NCBI RefSeq assembly: GCF_018350175.1 | Contig: NC_058368.1 | Coordinates: 32,924,001-32,988,000 of the forward strand | Length of the DNA: 64,000 nucleotides | Origin: Felis catus | Taxonomy: Eukaryota | Direction: 5' to 3' | Shown: positions 23,891 to 36,507 of the stretch, piece by piece | Numbering within the stretch: the stretch's first letter is position 1 | How the letters are laid out: each line of letters starts with the position of its first letter | Position numbers and translations under genes: made by a program | Notes under the pieces: generated by a model | What the model was told of the DNA's origin: nothing | What the model saw: the letters and a program-made list of their open reading frames with translations, nothing else | The model's database searches: none

Positions 23891-24830
23891 TAACTTAGAA
23901 ATAATTATAAACTTCCATGAAGTTGCAAAAATAGTGTACAGAGGTACCATGTATATATAGCCTGTACAAACCTTCCACCAAAGGTAGTGTTAATAAGATT
24001 CTGGGGTGATGGTGGGGTGGTCCAGAGCTGACGGCCAAGAAAGAATCCTTTGGTGCAAAAAGGGGATTTTATTAAAGCATGGGGACAGAATCCTAGAGCA
24101 GAAAGAGCTGCGCTGGAGTTGTGAAGAGCGGCTTCTTATATATGATGAAGTTGGGGAAGGTAAAGTCAAAGGGAGGCCTCCAGAAGGATTTTGATATGCT
24201 AAAGAGGACTCATAAGATACCTGAGGCCTTGCTATTGTCAAGTTAATGTTGTTTTCCTCTAGTAGGGCATTAACATTAGGACTGTAGGGGCTTCCTGCAG
24301 AAATGTTATACTTGGTATTTGCCTCAAGTATTTGTCAATGTGCTGCAGGTTATGAGGAAATTTAACTTTACCTGGCATTTCCTTCTTGTCTTTTTTCCCC
24401 ATATCACTATGAAGGGGTGATGTTAGGGCTCCAGGAAACTGAGTCTATAGTAGGCTTCTGGAGATGAGGCTATTAATAAGAATGCCACTTTCTTGTAATT
24501 TACTATATATTTATAAACTGATGGAGACCCATGGCCTGTATGACTGTGAACTCTATCAGTTGGCCATTTGTTTTCTTTCCTTTCCTTTGTCCTTGAGCAG
24601 CCAGGAGTGCCTGAGGAATATCACATACATCCCACATTGGAGGGAGAGGGAGGTACACTACCGTGCACTTTGTCCTCAGCCAACCCCACTCTCCCTCATC
24701 AGTATCTGACCTAATTATAATACAGTGCCAAAACCAGAATTGATATTAGCACAATACAATTACCTGGAGTATAAGCATTACTGAGATTTCATCAGTTTTT
24801 AAATGCACTCATTTGTTGTATGTAGGGTCT
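23890..24830 (-). mobile_element. Old L1MC-like 3' end split by an LTR
   Basis: gaaataattataaactt...gaagttgcaaaaatagt before the LTR; ataatacagtgccaaaaccagaattgatatt...gatttcatcagtttt after it. Confidence 0.65.
23991..24701 (-). mobile_element. Carnivore ERV1-class solo LTR
   Basis: Minus strand has TATATAA (about 24137-24143) upstream of AATAAA (about 24068-24073). Ends taataagattc...cctcatca. 4-bp flanks gtgt/gtat. Confidence 0.8.
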
Positions 24831-25359
24831 ATGAGACTAAAATATGCAGTTGCTTATGTTTCATGGAATTATATTTTTTAAATTATGACCTGTTAATCTC
24901 AAATTGTAGTTTAGGATAATGATTCTTAAAAAAATTTTCAAAGAAAGATTCTGAGGAGGAAAATAATTGTTAAAATAACTTTATTTGGTGTGAAAGGACT
25001 TACACGTATTGTTTAAATAATCTACAATTACCATTAATAGGATGACTATTAAGTAAAGCACTATTTTACCATAAACATTATGGTTACTGACTAAATTTGA
25101 AGCAATCCAGGAACAATGAAGAAGGAGAAAAGAAATACGCAGAATTTTTCACATCTCAATATATTTTGTCACCATTCCCCAGATGTGTTGGCCAGAAAGT
25201 GAATATCAAATCTTAGGTTTTCGTTTAATATTTTGTTAGTCTAAGCCTTAATAGTTTCTTCTATCTGTAGTAGTCTAAAAATTTCTGGACATAAAAAATT
25301 TAAAGTGGATAGTTGAATGGAAATGAGTATGAGATTTTAGATTGTTCTAAAATTAGGGC

Positions 25360-26490
25360 TCTGTACGTTGATTTTGTATCCTGCAACTTTGCTGAATTTA
25401 TGTATCAGTTCTAGTAGCTTTTTGGTGGAGTCTTTCGGGTTTTCCATGTAGAGTATCATGTTGTTTGCAAAAAGTGAAAGTTTGATGACTTCTTTGCCAC
25501 TTTGGATGCCTTTTATTTCATTTTGTTGTCTGATTGCTGAGGGTAGGACTTCCAACATTATGTTAAACAACCGTGGTGAGAGTGGACATCCCTGTCGTAT
25601 TCCTAATCTTGGGGGAAAAACTTAGTTTTTCCACATTGGGGATGATATTAGCTGTGGGCTTTTCATATATGGCTTTTATGATGGTATGTTCCTCTATTCT
25701 GATTTTCTTGAGGGATTTTATTAAGAAAGAGTGCTATACTTAGTCAAATGCTTTTTCTGCATCTATGGACAGGATCATATGGTTCTTACCCTTTCTTCTA
25801 TTAATGTGATGGATCACATTGATTCATTTGTGAATATTGAACCAGCCCTGCAGACCAGGAATGTATCTCACTTGATCATGGTGAATAATTCTTTAAATAT
25901 ACTGTTGAATTAGATTTGCTAGTATTTTGTTAAGAATTTTTGCATCCATGTTCATCAGGGATATTGGCCTGTAATTTTCCTTTTTTGTGGGGTCTCTGTC
26001 TGGTTTGGGAATCAAGGTTAATGCTGGCTTCATAGACTGAGTCCAGAAACTTTGCTTCTGTGTCTATTTTTTTGGAACAGCTTGAGGGATGGGTATTAAC
26101 TCTGCTTTAAATATGTGGTAGAATTCCCCTGGGAAGCTATTTAGTCCAGGACTCTTATTTGTTGGGAGATTTTTGATAACTGATTCAATTTCTTTGCTGG
26201 TTATGGGTTTGTTCAAAATTTTTATTTCTTCCCATTTGAGTTTTAGTAGTGTGTGGGTGTTGAGGAATTTGTCCATTTCTTCCAGGTTGTCCAGTCTGTT
26301 GGCATATCATTTTTCATAGTATTCTCTAATTGTTTGTATTTCTGTGGTACTTGTTGTGATCTTTCATTTATGATTTTATTGACTTGGGCTCTCTTTTCTT
26401 GTTGAGAAGTGTGGCTGGGGGGGGTGTTCATCAATTTTATTTTTTGAAAAAAATCAGCTCTTAGATTTATCTGTTCTACTGTTTTTTTTT
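25360..26490 (-). mobile_element. Carnivore L1 ORF2 internal fragment (Z/RT region)
   Basis: Translated remnants [38 protein letters not shown] and EIESVIKNLPTNKSPG. Frameshifted. Confidence 0.95.
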
Positions 26491-26506
26491 GTATTGTATA
26501 TTTAGT

Positions 26507-26705
26507 TATAAACTAAGAGTTGATGGGGGGTAGGGGAGAGGGGAGAATGGATGATGGCATTAAGGAGGGCACTTGTTGTGATGAACACTGGGTGTTGTAT
26601 ATAAGTAATGAATCATGGGAATATTCTCCAAAACCAAGTGCACACTGTATATACTGTATGTTAGCTAACTTTACATTAAATTTTATTAAAAAATAAGATA
26701 AAATA
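26507..26705 (+). mobile_element. Carnivore L1 3' end, opposite in orientation to the adjacent ORF2 fragment
   Basis: aaactaagagttgatgggggg...ggcattaaggagggcacttgttgtgatgaacactgggtgttgtat followed by an A-rich tail. Confidence 0.9.
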
Positions 26706-26747
26706 TGAAAGAAACTTACTGTAAGAGGAGATGTGTATGTATGTGTA

Positions 26748-26753
<6 letters not shown>

Positions 26754-26803
<50 letters not shown>
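26754..26803. repeat. (TA)n microsatellite
   Basis: Pure TA run of about 25 units. Confidence 0.98.
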
Positions 26804-26811
<8 letters not shown>

Positions 26812-27117
26812 TCTGTGAAAATGAAAGAAAGGAAAGTACTGGTTGTGGTAAAATAATAGTAATAATAATAATAAAAAAAGGTTATCTCAGAAAAAATGGG
26901 GGGGGGCTTAGTTAACCAAAGTTGTATCTTAATAAAAAAAAACTTGTACTTTTTCCTAATGATGGTATTTGTTTTGTTTTTGGAGAGGGTAACAGTAATG
27001 ATAATATCATAGTGTCTATCATTTATTTATATACCTGAGAAAAACCCTAGAGTCGAGTATATTTCAAAAACCATGTGTTTTTTTGTGATTTCTGTAAGTA
27101 AAGACATATTTCTTTTT

Positions 27118-27345
27118 TTTTTTTTTTAATTTTTTTTTTCAACGTTTATTTTATTTTTGGGACAGAGAGAGAGACAGATCATGAACGGGGGAGGGGCAGA
27201 GAGAGAGGGAGACACAGAATCGGAAACAGGCTCCAGGCTCCGAGCCATCAGCCCAGAGCCCGACGCGGGGCTCGAACTCACGGACCGCGAGATCGTGACC
27301 TGGCTGAAGTCGGACGCTTAACCGACTGCGCCACCCAGGCGCCCC
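27118..27345 (-). mobile_element. Very young felid Can-SINE (SINEC_Fc-like)
   Basis: CpG-dense body (minus strand ggggcgcctgggtggcgcagtcggttaagcgtccgacttcagccaggtcacgatctcgcgg). Perfect TSD aagacatatttcttttt at 27101-27117 and 27346-27362. Confidence 0.99.
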
Positions 27346-27559
27346 AAGACATATTTCTTTTTACCTGCAAGTTAATGTTGATATATTTAGTCTTTCTGAT
27401 TATTTAAAACAAATTTTACTCTAATCTTGTCAGAAGGGCTCATTATCTAGAATCTGAAAGATTCAAGTTTCTTCATAAAAGTTTATCTGCAGCTTTTATA
27501 TTGTGGATAAATAAAACAATCATTGGCTTACCTTTTCCTTTTAATTTCTTTTAAAAGTT

Positions 27560-27940
27560 ACACTATTATCTTCTGGACTGAAAGGATACTGTCAAAAATT
27601 ATGACAATGATTTTATTGTCTCTCTTTTATATTTGACTTGAAATTTTTTACCTGGAAGCCAGAAAAAATTCACTTTTTCTTTAAAATGTACTGATTTTTA
27701 CCATCATGTGTCTCATTGCTGGCTTTCCAGGTCATTTTTTCTCCAATAATAGGATATTCTTTTCATATATGTTTTCCAGGAATCTTTTATTTCAGGACTA
27801 TTTCTCGAATCATAGTTTATAGTACTTGTTACCTTCAACTGCATTAATTTCCTCCTTGAACATTCTTACTACAGATGTGTATTATTTTCTTATTTTGTGT
27901 ATGTACTAATTTCTTTGAAAATATTTTCGCTTTGTGCGTT
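27560..27940 (-). mobile_element. Ancient L1/HAL1 ORF1-region fossil
   Basis: T-rich motifs (ttacctggaagcc...tttttctttaaaatgtactgatttttaccatcatgtgtct) resembling antisense old ORF1. Confidence 0.4.
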
Positions 27941-28169
27941 TCTTTTTGAAATAGGTAAGCATAGTGGGAGGAGCCATGAAAGAGGATGGGGAAAATGAGG
28001 ACAAAACTAAGGGGAAAGTATGGATTGGAAGACATATATAAGATAATAGAAAAGAGTTACCAAACAAAGAAGTTGAAGAGAGAGAGAGAATTATTCAACT
28101 TGTTTTGGTAGTGAAAGGAGATAGGCATTAGAACTCAAGGCTCTTGTCTTAAAGGTCTTCTTGTCTTAA

Positions 28170-28430
28170 ATGGAAGGAGAAGCCAGCACATCTGAGACTA
28201 AGGAACTGATGATAGTAAGAATGTGTACATAAATATGTAGGAAGGGTCAATATTTGGAAATACTTCACAGTTGATGTCCAGGAGATAAGGCCATCTAAGG
28301 GCATGAAAATGAAGAGAGCTAGATGAATAACTTGAGGATGGCAAAGCTTTTGAGTAACTAATGAGTAAATAGGAAGAGCAATTAGATGAAGGAAAAGTAC
28401 AGTGGTTTTCAAGAGGAAATAAGGACTTTG
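28170..28430 (-). mobile_element. L2 fossil
   Basis: Purine-rich decayed L2-like motifs (gaataacttgaggatggcaaagcttttgagtaact). Confidence 0.4.
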
Positions 28431-29760
28431 CTACAGTTTGAGACAGTTAATTTGATGTACAACTGGCCTGCATGACCAAGGAATTAGCCTAGGTATCACT
28501 CAAAATCTCAGTTGTAGTACAGAGAAAATATAGTATAGGCCCGATACATGTATGGGATGAAATAAATCGTCATGATAGGATACAATAAGTAACTTCATCT
28601 TAAATTTATTTTAAAATGCCTCTTTTTTTGCATAGGTGTCATTTATAATTTATTTTAAAAGGATGCTCATATTATGTATTTAATCTGGTTTATTTTATCA
28701 GCAGATTATTCTATTGGAAAATGACTTAAATAGACATATATTAATACTATATTTTATTTCCTGAAAAAGAAAGGAAATTAATTGTCTAAGTCATTATTCA
28801 TATGTCTTTTTATAGCTTCGTAGGCTAATTATCAAATGAATCTCTCAAAATGACTTCATCACGTCTTCAATTTTGAACTATAAAAGTATTCCTTTACAGG
28901 TTAGACATAAATACAGGTTATATTATGTAGTTTTAATTGCACTATATTTATCTGTAGACCTATAAATATCATACTTCATGGAATTAGCACAATGGTACTT
29001 CCTTAATAAGTGTAGAAATGCTTTATGGTGGCAATTTCTCATTTAATCTATAATTAACCAATAAATATGACAGACCATTTTATTTGAGTGCCAATAATTA
29101 GTGACTTTATATTTATATGATTTAGTAAATGAGACAGATTCTCTTACTGCTAGTGATAATTTCATTCTACAAATTGGGCATATTCAGAAGCTTATAGCTC
29201 TTTCAGAGTCACTAAATCCTACAGTTTATCACCTTAAGCAATAATCTGGATGCCAGAATGAAAGAATCTATTGGGAAAGGTGAGCTCATTTTCAAGAGAA
29301 ATCTATGACATTTGGTTAATAAACCCAGGAAAAGGATGAACTTACTTGGTTTCCCTTTTCACCTCTGTCTCTCAGCTTCATTCTATAGGGAAACAAAAAG
29401 CTGCACTCACCTTAAGATTGATGGTTCTTTATATACAGCTTTTTTTCCTTCCATTTCAGCTTACTTTCTAGGAAGAGAGTCTGAGAAATAGGAGTGGTAT
29501 TGACCTTGAAAATAAATGTGTCCTCTATGTAGCACAGATTATTTTCTATATTCCAAATCTTTGACAACCTAAACATATTAAACCAGGAAATAATAGTGCC
29601 CAATTGTTCAGCTAAAAATAGTGAAAGGAAGGATTCAAGGCTACCAGATGTTATGTCTATGTTACATATGGTTGTTCCTTGTGAAGTAGTTCACCATATA
29701 TGCCTATAAAATAGCTCAATTTTAAAATAATTCTACTTGGATTAATATTTTGCAACATCT

Positions 29761-29980
29761 TTTTAAAAATTTGTTAATGTTTATTTTTGAGACAGCGAGT
29801 CAGAGAGAGACACACATAGAACATGAACAGGGAAGGGGCAGAAAGAGACACAAAATTCAGAGCAGACTGCAGATTCTGAGCTGTCAGCACAGAACCCGAT
29901 GCAGGGCTCCAACCCATGAGCTGTGAGATCATGACCTGACCTGAAGTCGAACACTCAACCGAGTGATCCACCCAGGTGCC
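29761..29980 (-). mobile_element. Can-SINE
   Basis: Antisense SINE ending ccacccaggtgcc. TSD ttgcaacatct at 29750-29760 and 29981-29991. Confidence 0.95.
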
Positions 29981-31017
29981 TTGCAACATCTCTTTGACCT
30001 TACCATCTTTATGCCTTGATTTCTTCACTTGGAGTGAGAATATCAAGACTATATCCACTATATTGGCTTGTGTCAAGTTTTAAATCTCATGCTTCATGCA
30101 TAGTTACCACCAAAAAAATGTTAACATTAAGTATTATAATAAATGCCAGTCAATAAATGATATCTTAAAAATCTCTACTCAGTGTCATTTCTACATAAAC
30201 TTGAATAGTCTACATCTTATAGTGGATGAAATGGCTAAACAACAACAACAACAACAAAAATGAAAACAGAAAAAAAACCTCGCAGCAGCTGATTAAGTCA
30301 GAAGGGATGTGTAATTGTGTGTAACCCCCCAGTAGAAGTATTGTCAGAGTTGAGGAATTTAATGTAGAAATTGGAGTTTCCTGAAATGTAGGAGAAGTTG
30401 GAAAGTCCAACTCTGGAAATGGGGTGAGGAATAGTCAGAGAATTGGAGTAATAGTCAGTGTACCTGTCTGAATCATCAGCAGTAATGGACAAGTTTGAAC
30501 TTGTAAGCAAGTCTGAGAAATCTTGCATATCTGGAAACAGAAATAGAACCATAAAAGGGGAGCTTGTGAAGATCTAGAACTCTTAAGAAAGCTTTACGAA
30601 AATGCTTTTTAAAATTCGGCTTCTCTGTGAAACACCACTGCTTCTAAGGGAACTGTCACTTTCCTAGCTCTAGGTAGCAGGCTTTGTGCTGTTGTTGATC
30701 AGTTCTAACATAAGCAAGAGGAAACATGTTACAGTTGCCCGTATTTATTATGCTTGTGTGCCACAACCTATCAAAAGTAATGATCTGTTTCCTTTCTGTC
30801 TTCTAAATCTTGCTGCATTCCTTTGTTGAGCAAGTCCCACCTGGGAGAATATAGGGAGGGTATTATGAGAAACAATTTTACCAGCTTTGGGTGGGAGTTG
30901 TAGTGACAGACAGACAACTTGCCATCTATCATATTTTATCAAGAGGACCATGGTGGTCTGGGGGAGGGGGAGTGTGCGGTGGGGAAGTTACTGTCTTCTA
31001 AAGTAAGGTAAAGTATA

Positions 31018-31143
31018 GGGGTACCTGAGTGGCTTGGTCAGTTGAGCACTTGACTCTTGAATTCAGCCCAGGTCATGATCTCACGGTTAGTGACATGGAA
31101 CCCCATATCAGGCTCTGCGCTGACAGCATGGAGTCTGTTTGGG

Positions 31144-31202
<59 letters not shown>

Positions 31203-31232
31203 CTCAAAATAAGTAAATAAATACTGTTAAAA
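31018..31232 (+). mobile_element. Can-SINE with expanded (CT)n tract (about 31147-31198)
   Basis: ggggtacctgagtggc...caggtcatgatctcac...gggattctctct. Confidence 0.94.
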
Positions 31233-31531
31233 ATGAGTAATATAAAATATTCATCCTTTGCCAAAAGTCTACATAAAATACCCTAACAAGTGTTTGTTTT
31301 CTTTTGTGTGGATTTTGTTTTTGTTTTTGTTTTTTTGTTTGTTTGTTGGTAAACCAATAGGTAGAATGATTTTTTAAAGCCATTTGGTCTGCATAGGATA
31401 TGGTAGAGACAAAGCTGTTTTATGAGTAAAATTGATAAATTCTCTTGTATTTGACTTTTAATAATTTCATAAGCAGGAACTGAATTATATGGGTCTTGTC
31501 TTGAAATTTTAAGTAGAAATGAGATTTTTGG

Positions 31532-31742
31532 GGGGCACCTGGGTGGCTCAATCGGTTAAGCATCCGACTTGGGCTCAGTCATGATCTCATGGTTCATGGG
31601 TTCAAGCCTCACATCAGGCTCTGTGCTGACAGCTCAGAGCCTGAAGCCTGCTTCAGATTCTGTGTCTCTTTCTCTGCCCCTCTCCTGCTCATGCTCTGTC
31701 TCTCTGTCTCTCAAAAATAAACATTTAACAAAACAAAACAAA
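31532..31742 (+). mobile_element. Can-SINE
   Basis: ggggcacctgggtggctcaatcggttaagc...ctgacagctcagagcctg...caaaaataaac. Confidence 0.96.
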
Positions 31743-31944
31743 GACAAGATTTTGTATGAATTATTACAGTCTACTAGTATGGGATAAAAGGGTAAAATTT
31801 GCAACTATTTATAGGCCCATGTGTTGTCTTAGTTCTCATATACATATATTAGTATAAAATGTGCATATAGATTTTCTTACAGAATATTTCTTCACTTTCA
31901 AAAATTGTTTTTTTTTCCTTACCCATTGAGCCAACTCATACTAT

Positions 31945-32600
31945 GCCTGCCTGAACTGCTATCGTTTGTTTCCAGATTTATTGAAATATCCTCCTAATCT
32001 TGTGTTTACCTTTGCCTTCCTACTACATGTGTATTTTCAGCACATCAGCCAAAGGAATCTTAGTAACTTAAGTCAGATCATGTTACTCACCTGTCAAACT
32101 CCTGTCATGTGCTGTTTCACTCATAGTAAAAGATGAACTCTGTACAATGACCTATTTTGTCCTCTTCCATCCAATCAATTGTTTCTTAGATGTAGTTTTC
32201 TAATAATCTCCCAGGGGGCACAAAAGTGGCCATTTTGCAATTCTTCTTAAATATTGTGGTCATTCCTGCTCATGCTTCAGGGCTTCTTGAATGAACGTTT
32301 CTTGTACTAAGAAATTCGTCCCAGACATTCAGAACCTGCTCACCCATCTGTTCAGCTCTTTACTCAGATATCACCTCTTCCTCATGTAACCTAATCTGGG
32401 CACCTCTAACAAAAAAATGACTACAATGCCCCTCCTCCAAGAGGAAAAAGAAAGAATATGAAACACCCTAGTTGCTCAGGTCTCCTTGTGTTTCACCATC
32501 TAACATGGTATACCATCATTTTGTGTGTGTGCTTATTTCAGAGTGTTACTGGACAAACACTGCAGGTGCTCACTGAGTAATTGTTGAATTAGAAAATGAT
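31945..32600 (+). mobile_element. L2 3' region
   Basis: cagccaaaggaatctt...aagtcagatcatgttactc, tactcagatatcacctc, and terminal caggtgctcactgagtaattgttgaat. Confidence 0.75.
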
Positions 32601-33864
32601 TATCAATAAAAATGTAAAATATTTGGAAATTTTATAATATTTTCTATCTTAAGGATATCGAATATTTAAGCAATAGTTTTTAAGTATGAATTTGACTGAA
32701 CTGCCATCAGATAATGAACATGAAAAAAGCCAATAAAATTAGGCAATGTTTTCACATCATCATATTAATATTGAAAATCAGTGCTTTTTAGAAAAAATAA
32801 CTGCCTACACAAACTTTCTCAACACAAATATAAAGTCAATCAGGTTGTGATAATCATATATTACTTCGGAACACTTAGACATTTCTCTTGCATGAACATT
32901 TACATAAAAATACTGTGTTTTTCTTAATAGAATGTTCAGATATGTTTCTGCTAACTACCTTATACCAAGCCAATTGTGGATAAGCCTTCAAGTTAAAAGT
33001 AAAAGGAAAGACTTGAGCAGGAATGGCTTTCTGACAGAAACAAGTGTTATCCGTGCTAAACTCAGTGGAAATTTTCTATTTGAAGCATTGAGTTTTGATG
33101 TATAAATTATATAAAAATTGTAATAACCTTGGCTGCTAAGTTAAATAATAATAGATAAAAGCTTTTGGATTACCTTAATACTAAACTATGAAATTTCAGG
33201 AAGATAAAATATACTTGAATGTGTTTATTCTGTTGTAAATGATGTTACTACACAGAACAAAACCTTACTGCATATTTCATATGACTATTTTATAAATAAA
33301 AATCTTAGAGGCCAAGGAAAGTATATTTTAACTCTAAGTCGCAAACTATAGCATATAACCTAATTTAAAATGTTTATTAGAGGAAACTTGTCTACCTCTT
33401 TTGAAAAAAAATTAAATTGTAATGTATGAGGTTTTTTTTTTTTAATGTGATTAAGAGCCTGGGCTCTTTCAAAGATGATTGGATATTTATTAAAAAATTC
33501 AAATAAATATTTATATTTGGTATAATGGATGAAGATTTCTTTCCTGTTTTTTTCAGATATTCAAAAGTATTAATAAAAAGTAACAAAATGTTTTGGAAAG
33601 TTGCAGTTACACATTTTTCAACAAAAAATGCAAAAAGTATAAGTATTTTTAATTTTATACTTTGATATAAAGAAAAAAATTGCAGGTGCACTAAAATTGT
33701 AAAGTTTCTTTTAATCAATGCATTCTACATTCATGCAGAAGTTGTTACAGATAAGAGATTGCATGTTTGTGTATAAATGAAAAGAAACTACATCAAAATC
33801 AAGTTCCCATTTATGCTTGTCCCTACGTACATGCAGCTTTCCCTAATATCAACATCCAATACCA

Positions 33865-35158
33865 GACTGACACAAATGTTTATAGTAGGGGAGGTTGTGC
33901 ATCGTGTGTGTGCGTGTGTGTGTGTGGGGGGGTAGTATATGGGAACTCTATATTCTGTATTTTTTTTTTGGTTTTCAACTTTTTATTTAAATTCTTCTTA
34001 ACATAGTATAATATCAATTTCAGGAGTAGAATTTAGTGATTCAGCACTTACATACAGTTACATACACATACCTCCAGTACTCATCACAAGTGCCCTTCTT
34101 AATGTCCCATCACCTATGTAACCCATTGTCTGCCCACTTCCCCTCCAGAAGCCCTCAGTTTGTTCTCTATAGATAAGATTCTCTTTTATGGTTTGCCTCT
34201 TTCTTTTTTCCCCTGATATTCATCTGTTTTGTTTCTTAAATTCAACAGATAAGTGAAATCAGATGGTATTTGTCCTCTTCTGATGGAAATTTCATTTAGC
34301 ATTATACACTCTAGCTCCATCCACGTCATTGCAAATGGCAAAATTTCATTCTTATTGATAGCTTATTGATATACAATATTGCATTGTATAGATGTACCAC
34401 ATCTTCTTTAGCCATTCATCACTTGATGGGCATCTGGGATTTTACAATAATTTGGCTATTGTTGGTAATGCTGCTATAAACACTGGGGTGTGTGTGCCCC
34501 TTCGAATCAGTATTTTTGTATCCTTTGTGTAAATACCTAGTAATGTGATTGCTAGGTCCTAGGGTAGTTGTATTTTTAACTTTTTGGAGAACCTCCTTAC
34601 TGTTTTGAAGAGTGGCTGCACCAGTGTGCATTCCCACCAACAGTGTAGGAGGGTTTTCCTTTGTCCATATCCTCGCCAACATCTGTTGTTTCTTGTGTTG
34701 TTAATTTTAGCCATTTGGACAAGTGTAAGGTGATAACTCATTGTAGTTTTGATTTGTATTTCCCTGATCTTTGACAGCGGCTCTAGTAACTGTTTTCTAG
34801 ACACATTTCCGAAGACAAGGGAAACAAAAGCAGAAATGAACTATTGGGACTTGATCAAGATAAAAGCTTCTACACAGCAGAGGAAATGATCAGTGAAACT
34901 AAAAGGTAGCATTTGGAATGGGAGGAGATATTTGCAAATGATATATCTAATAGGGCGTTAGTATCCAAAATCTACCAAGAACTTACCAAACCCAACACCC
35001 CCAAAAATTAAAGAATCCAGTAAAGAAATGGGCAGAAGAGATGAATAGACACTTTTCCAAAGAAGACCTAGAGATAGCTAACAGACACATAAAAAGATGC
35101 TCTGTGTTCTGTTCAATTTTGCTGTGAAACTAAAGCTTCTCTAAAAAATAAAGACTAA
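33865..35158 (+). mobile_element. Old L1M 3' terminus split by a younger L1
   Basis: gggaggttgtgcat...tatgggaactct | gttcaattttgctgtgaaactaaagcttctctaaaaaataaag rejoin across the insertion. Confidence 0.75.
33959..35099 (-). mobile_element. Carnivore L1 with 5' inversion (twin priming)
   Basis: Minus-strand 3' end 33959-34768 joined to a plus-strand ORF2 piece at about 34769-35102. TSD ctct(a/g)t(a/g)ttctgt at 33946-33958 and 35100-35112. Confidence 0.92.
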
Positions 35159-36007
35159 ATGGGGGAAAATCAATGGTTAATAATAAAACCATAATGACAG
35201 AAAAATGAAGGAGAGAAGCACATGACAAAACCTGAAATCTTGTGTTTATACAGGAAGATTCTTTTTTTTCCCTCACATTACATACTTATTCCAACTTAAC
35301 TGATCTCTGTTAATGTTGATAGAATAACAAAAATACTACTAGTATTGCCTTTATACATGGCCCTCATTCTGTAAATTTATTCTGCAAGCCCTTGAACTTA
35401 TTCGAAGTTGTATCTAGATGAATGATTTCATTTCCTTCTAATGCTTGGATGACTTGGAGAGTCATTTGGCACTTGGCAAGCTATGTTATGACATGTTATC
35501 AGCCACATATTAGACAGAAAACTAATTATTTCAAGGAATAACTACATGGAAAAATAAAGTATGTCAAGAGTTGTGTTTTGGGGAGTGGTGGCAGAGGAAC
35601 AACCAAGATGTGTCAACTAGAGAAAGATTAAGTTTAAAAATAAGTTTAAAAGCCCTCTCGTCAATTGTTGTCTTTATACGACATAGTTAGAAAGTAAGTA
35701 AATGCAATCCGAGAAATGTACCCAGAGTTTGAACTTGTGCGAATATAATGGCATTTGTTGTCAACATCTATATCTTGGCATTAATGAGTCTACAAAATGT
35801 AGCAAGGATAATCATCTATTCAGTGGACTTGAATTGAAACAATTTGGAATTATTATATATACTTTTGTTTCAATTTATTCTTTATTCTCTTCTATTATAA
35901 ATGTGTGTCTGTAAAATGAAATCAAAATTTGGCATTGCCTGATTTTATACTTAAAAGAAGACAGCACATTATATTTTTATGCTAGTGCTATGAAAATTGT
36001 CCTTTCA

Positions 36008-36184
36008 GGGGTGCCTGAGTGGTTCAGTGGATTAAGCCTCTGACTCCTTGTTTCAGTTTGGGTCATAAGCTCATAGTTGGTGAGACTGAGCCCTGAGTCA
36101 TGGGCTCCAACTGGCAGCACAGAGCCTGCTTGGGATTCTATCTGTCCCTTTCTCTGCCCCTTCCCTGTTCTTGCATGTGTTTGT

Positions 36185-36233
<49 letters not shown>

Positions 36234-36254
36234 ATAAACATTCAAACCTTAAAG
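36008..36254 (+). mobile_element. Can-SINE with (CT)n tract (36195-36230)
   Basis: Head ggggtgcctgagtggttcag. Degenerate TSD ...tcctttca at 35993-36007 and 36255-36269. Confidence 0.93.
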
Positions 36255-36274
36255 AATATGTTCCTTTCACTTTA

Positions 36275-36300
36275 TTTTTTTTATTTTTGAGGGAGAGAGG

Positions 36301-36358
<58 letters not shown>

Positions 36359-36481
36359 AAAGGCTCCAGGCTCTGAGCTGTCAGCATAGAGCCTGATGAT
36401 GTGCTCAAATCCAGTAACTGTGAGATCATGACCTGAGCTGAAGTCAGACCCTTGACCAACTGAGCCACCCAAGCTTTCCTG
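36275..36481 (-). mobile_element. Can-SINE with (GA)n tract (36306-36355)
   Basis: Antisense SINE. TSD tcctttcacttta at 36262-36274 and 36482-36494. Confidence 0.94.
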
Positions 36482-36507
36482 TCCTTTCACTTTAAAATTG
36501 AATCACA

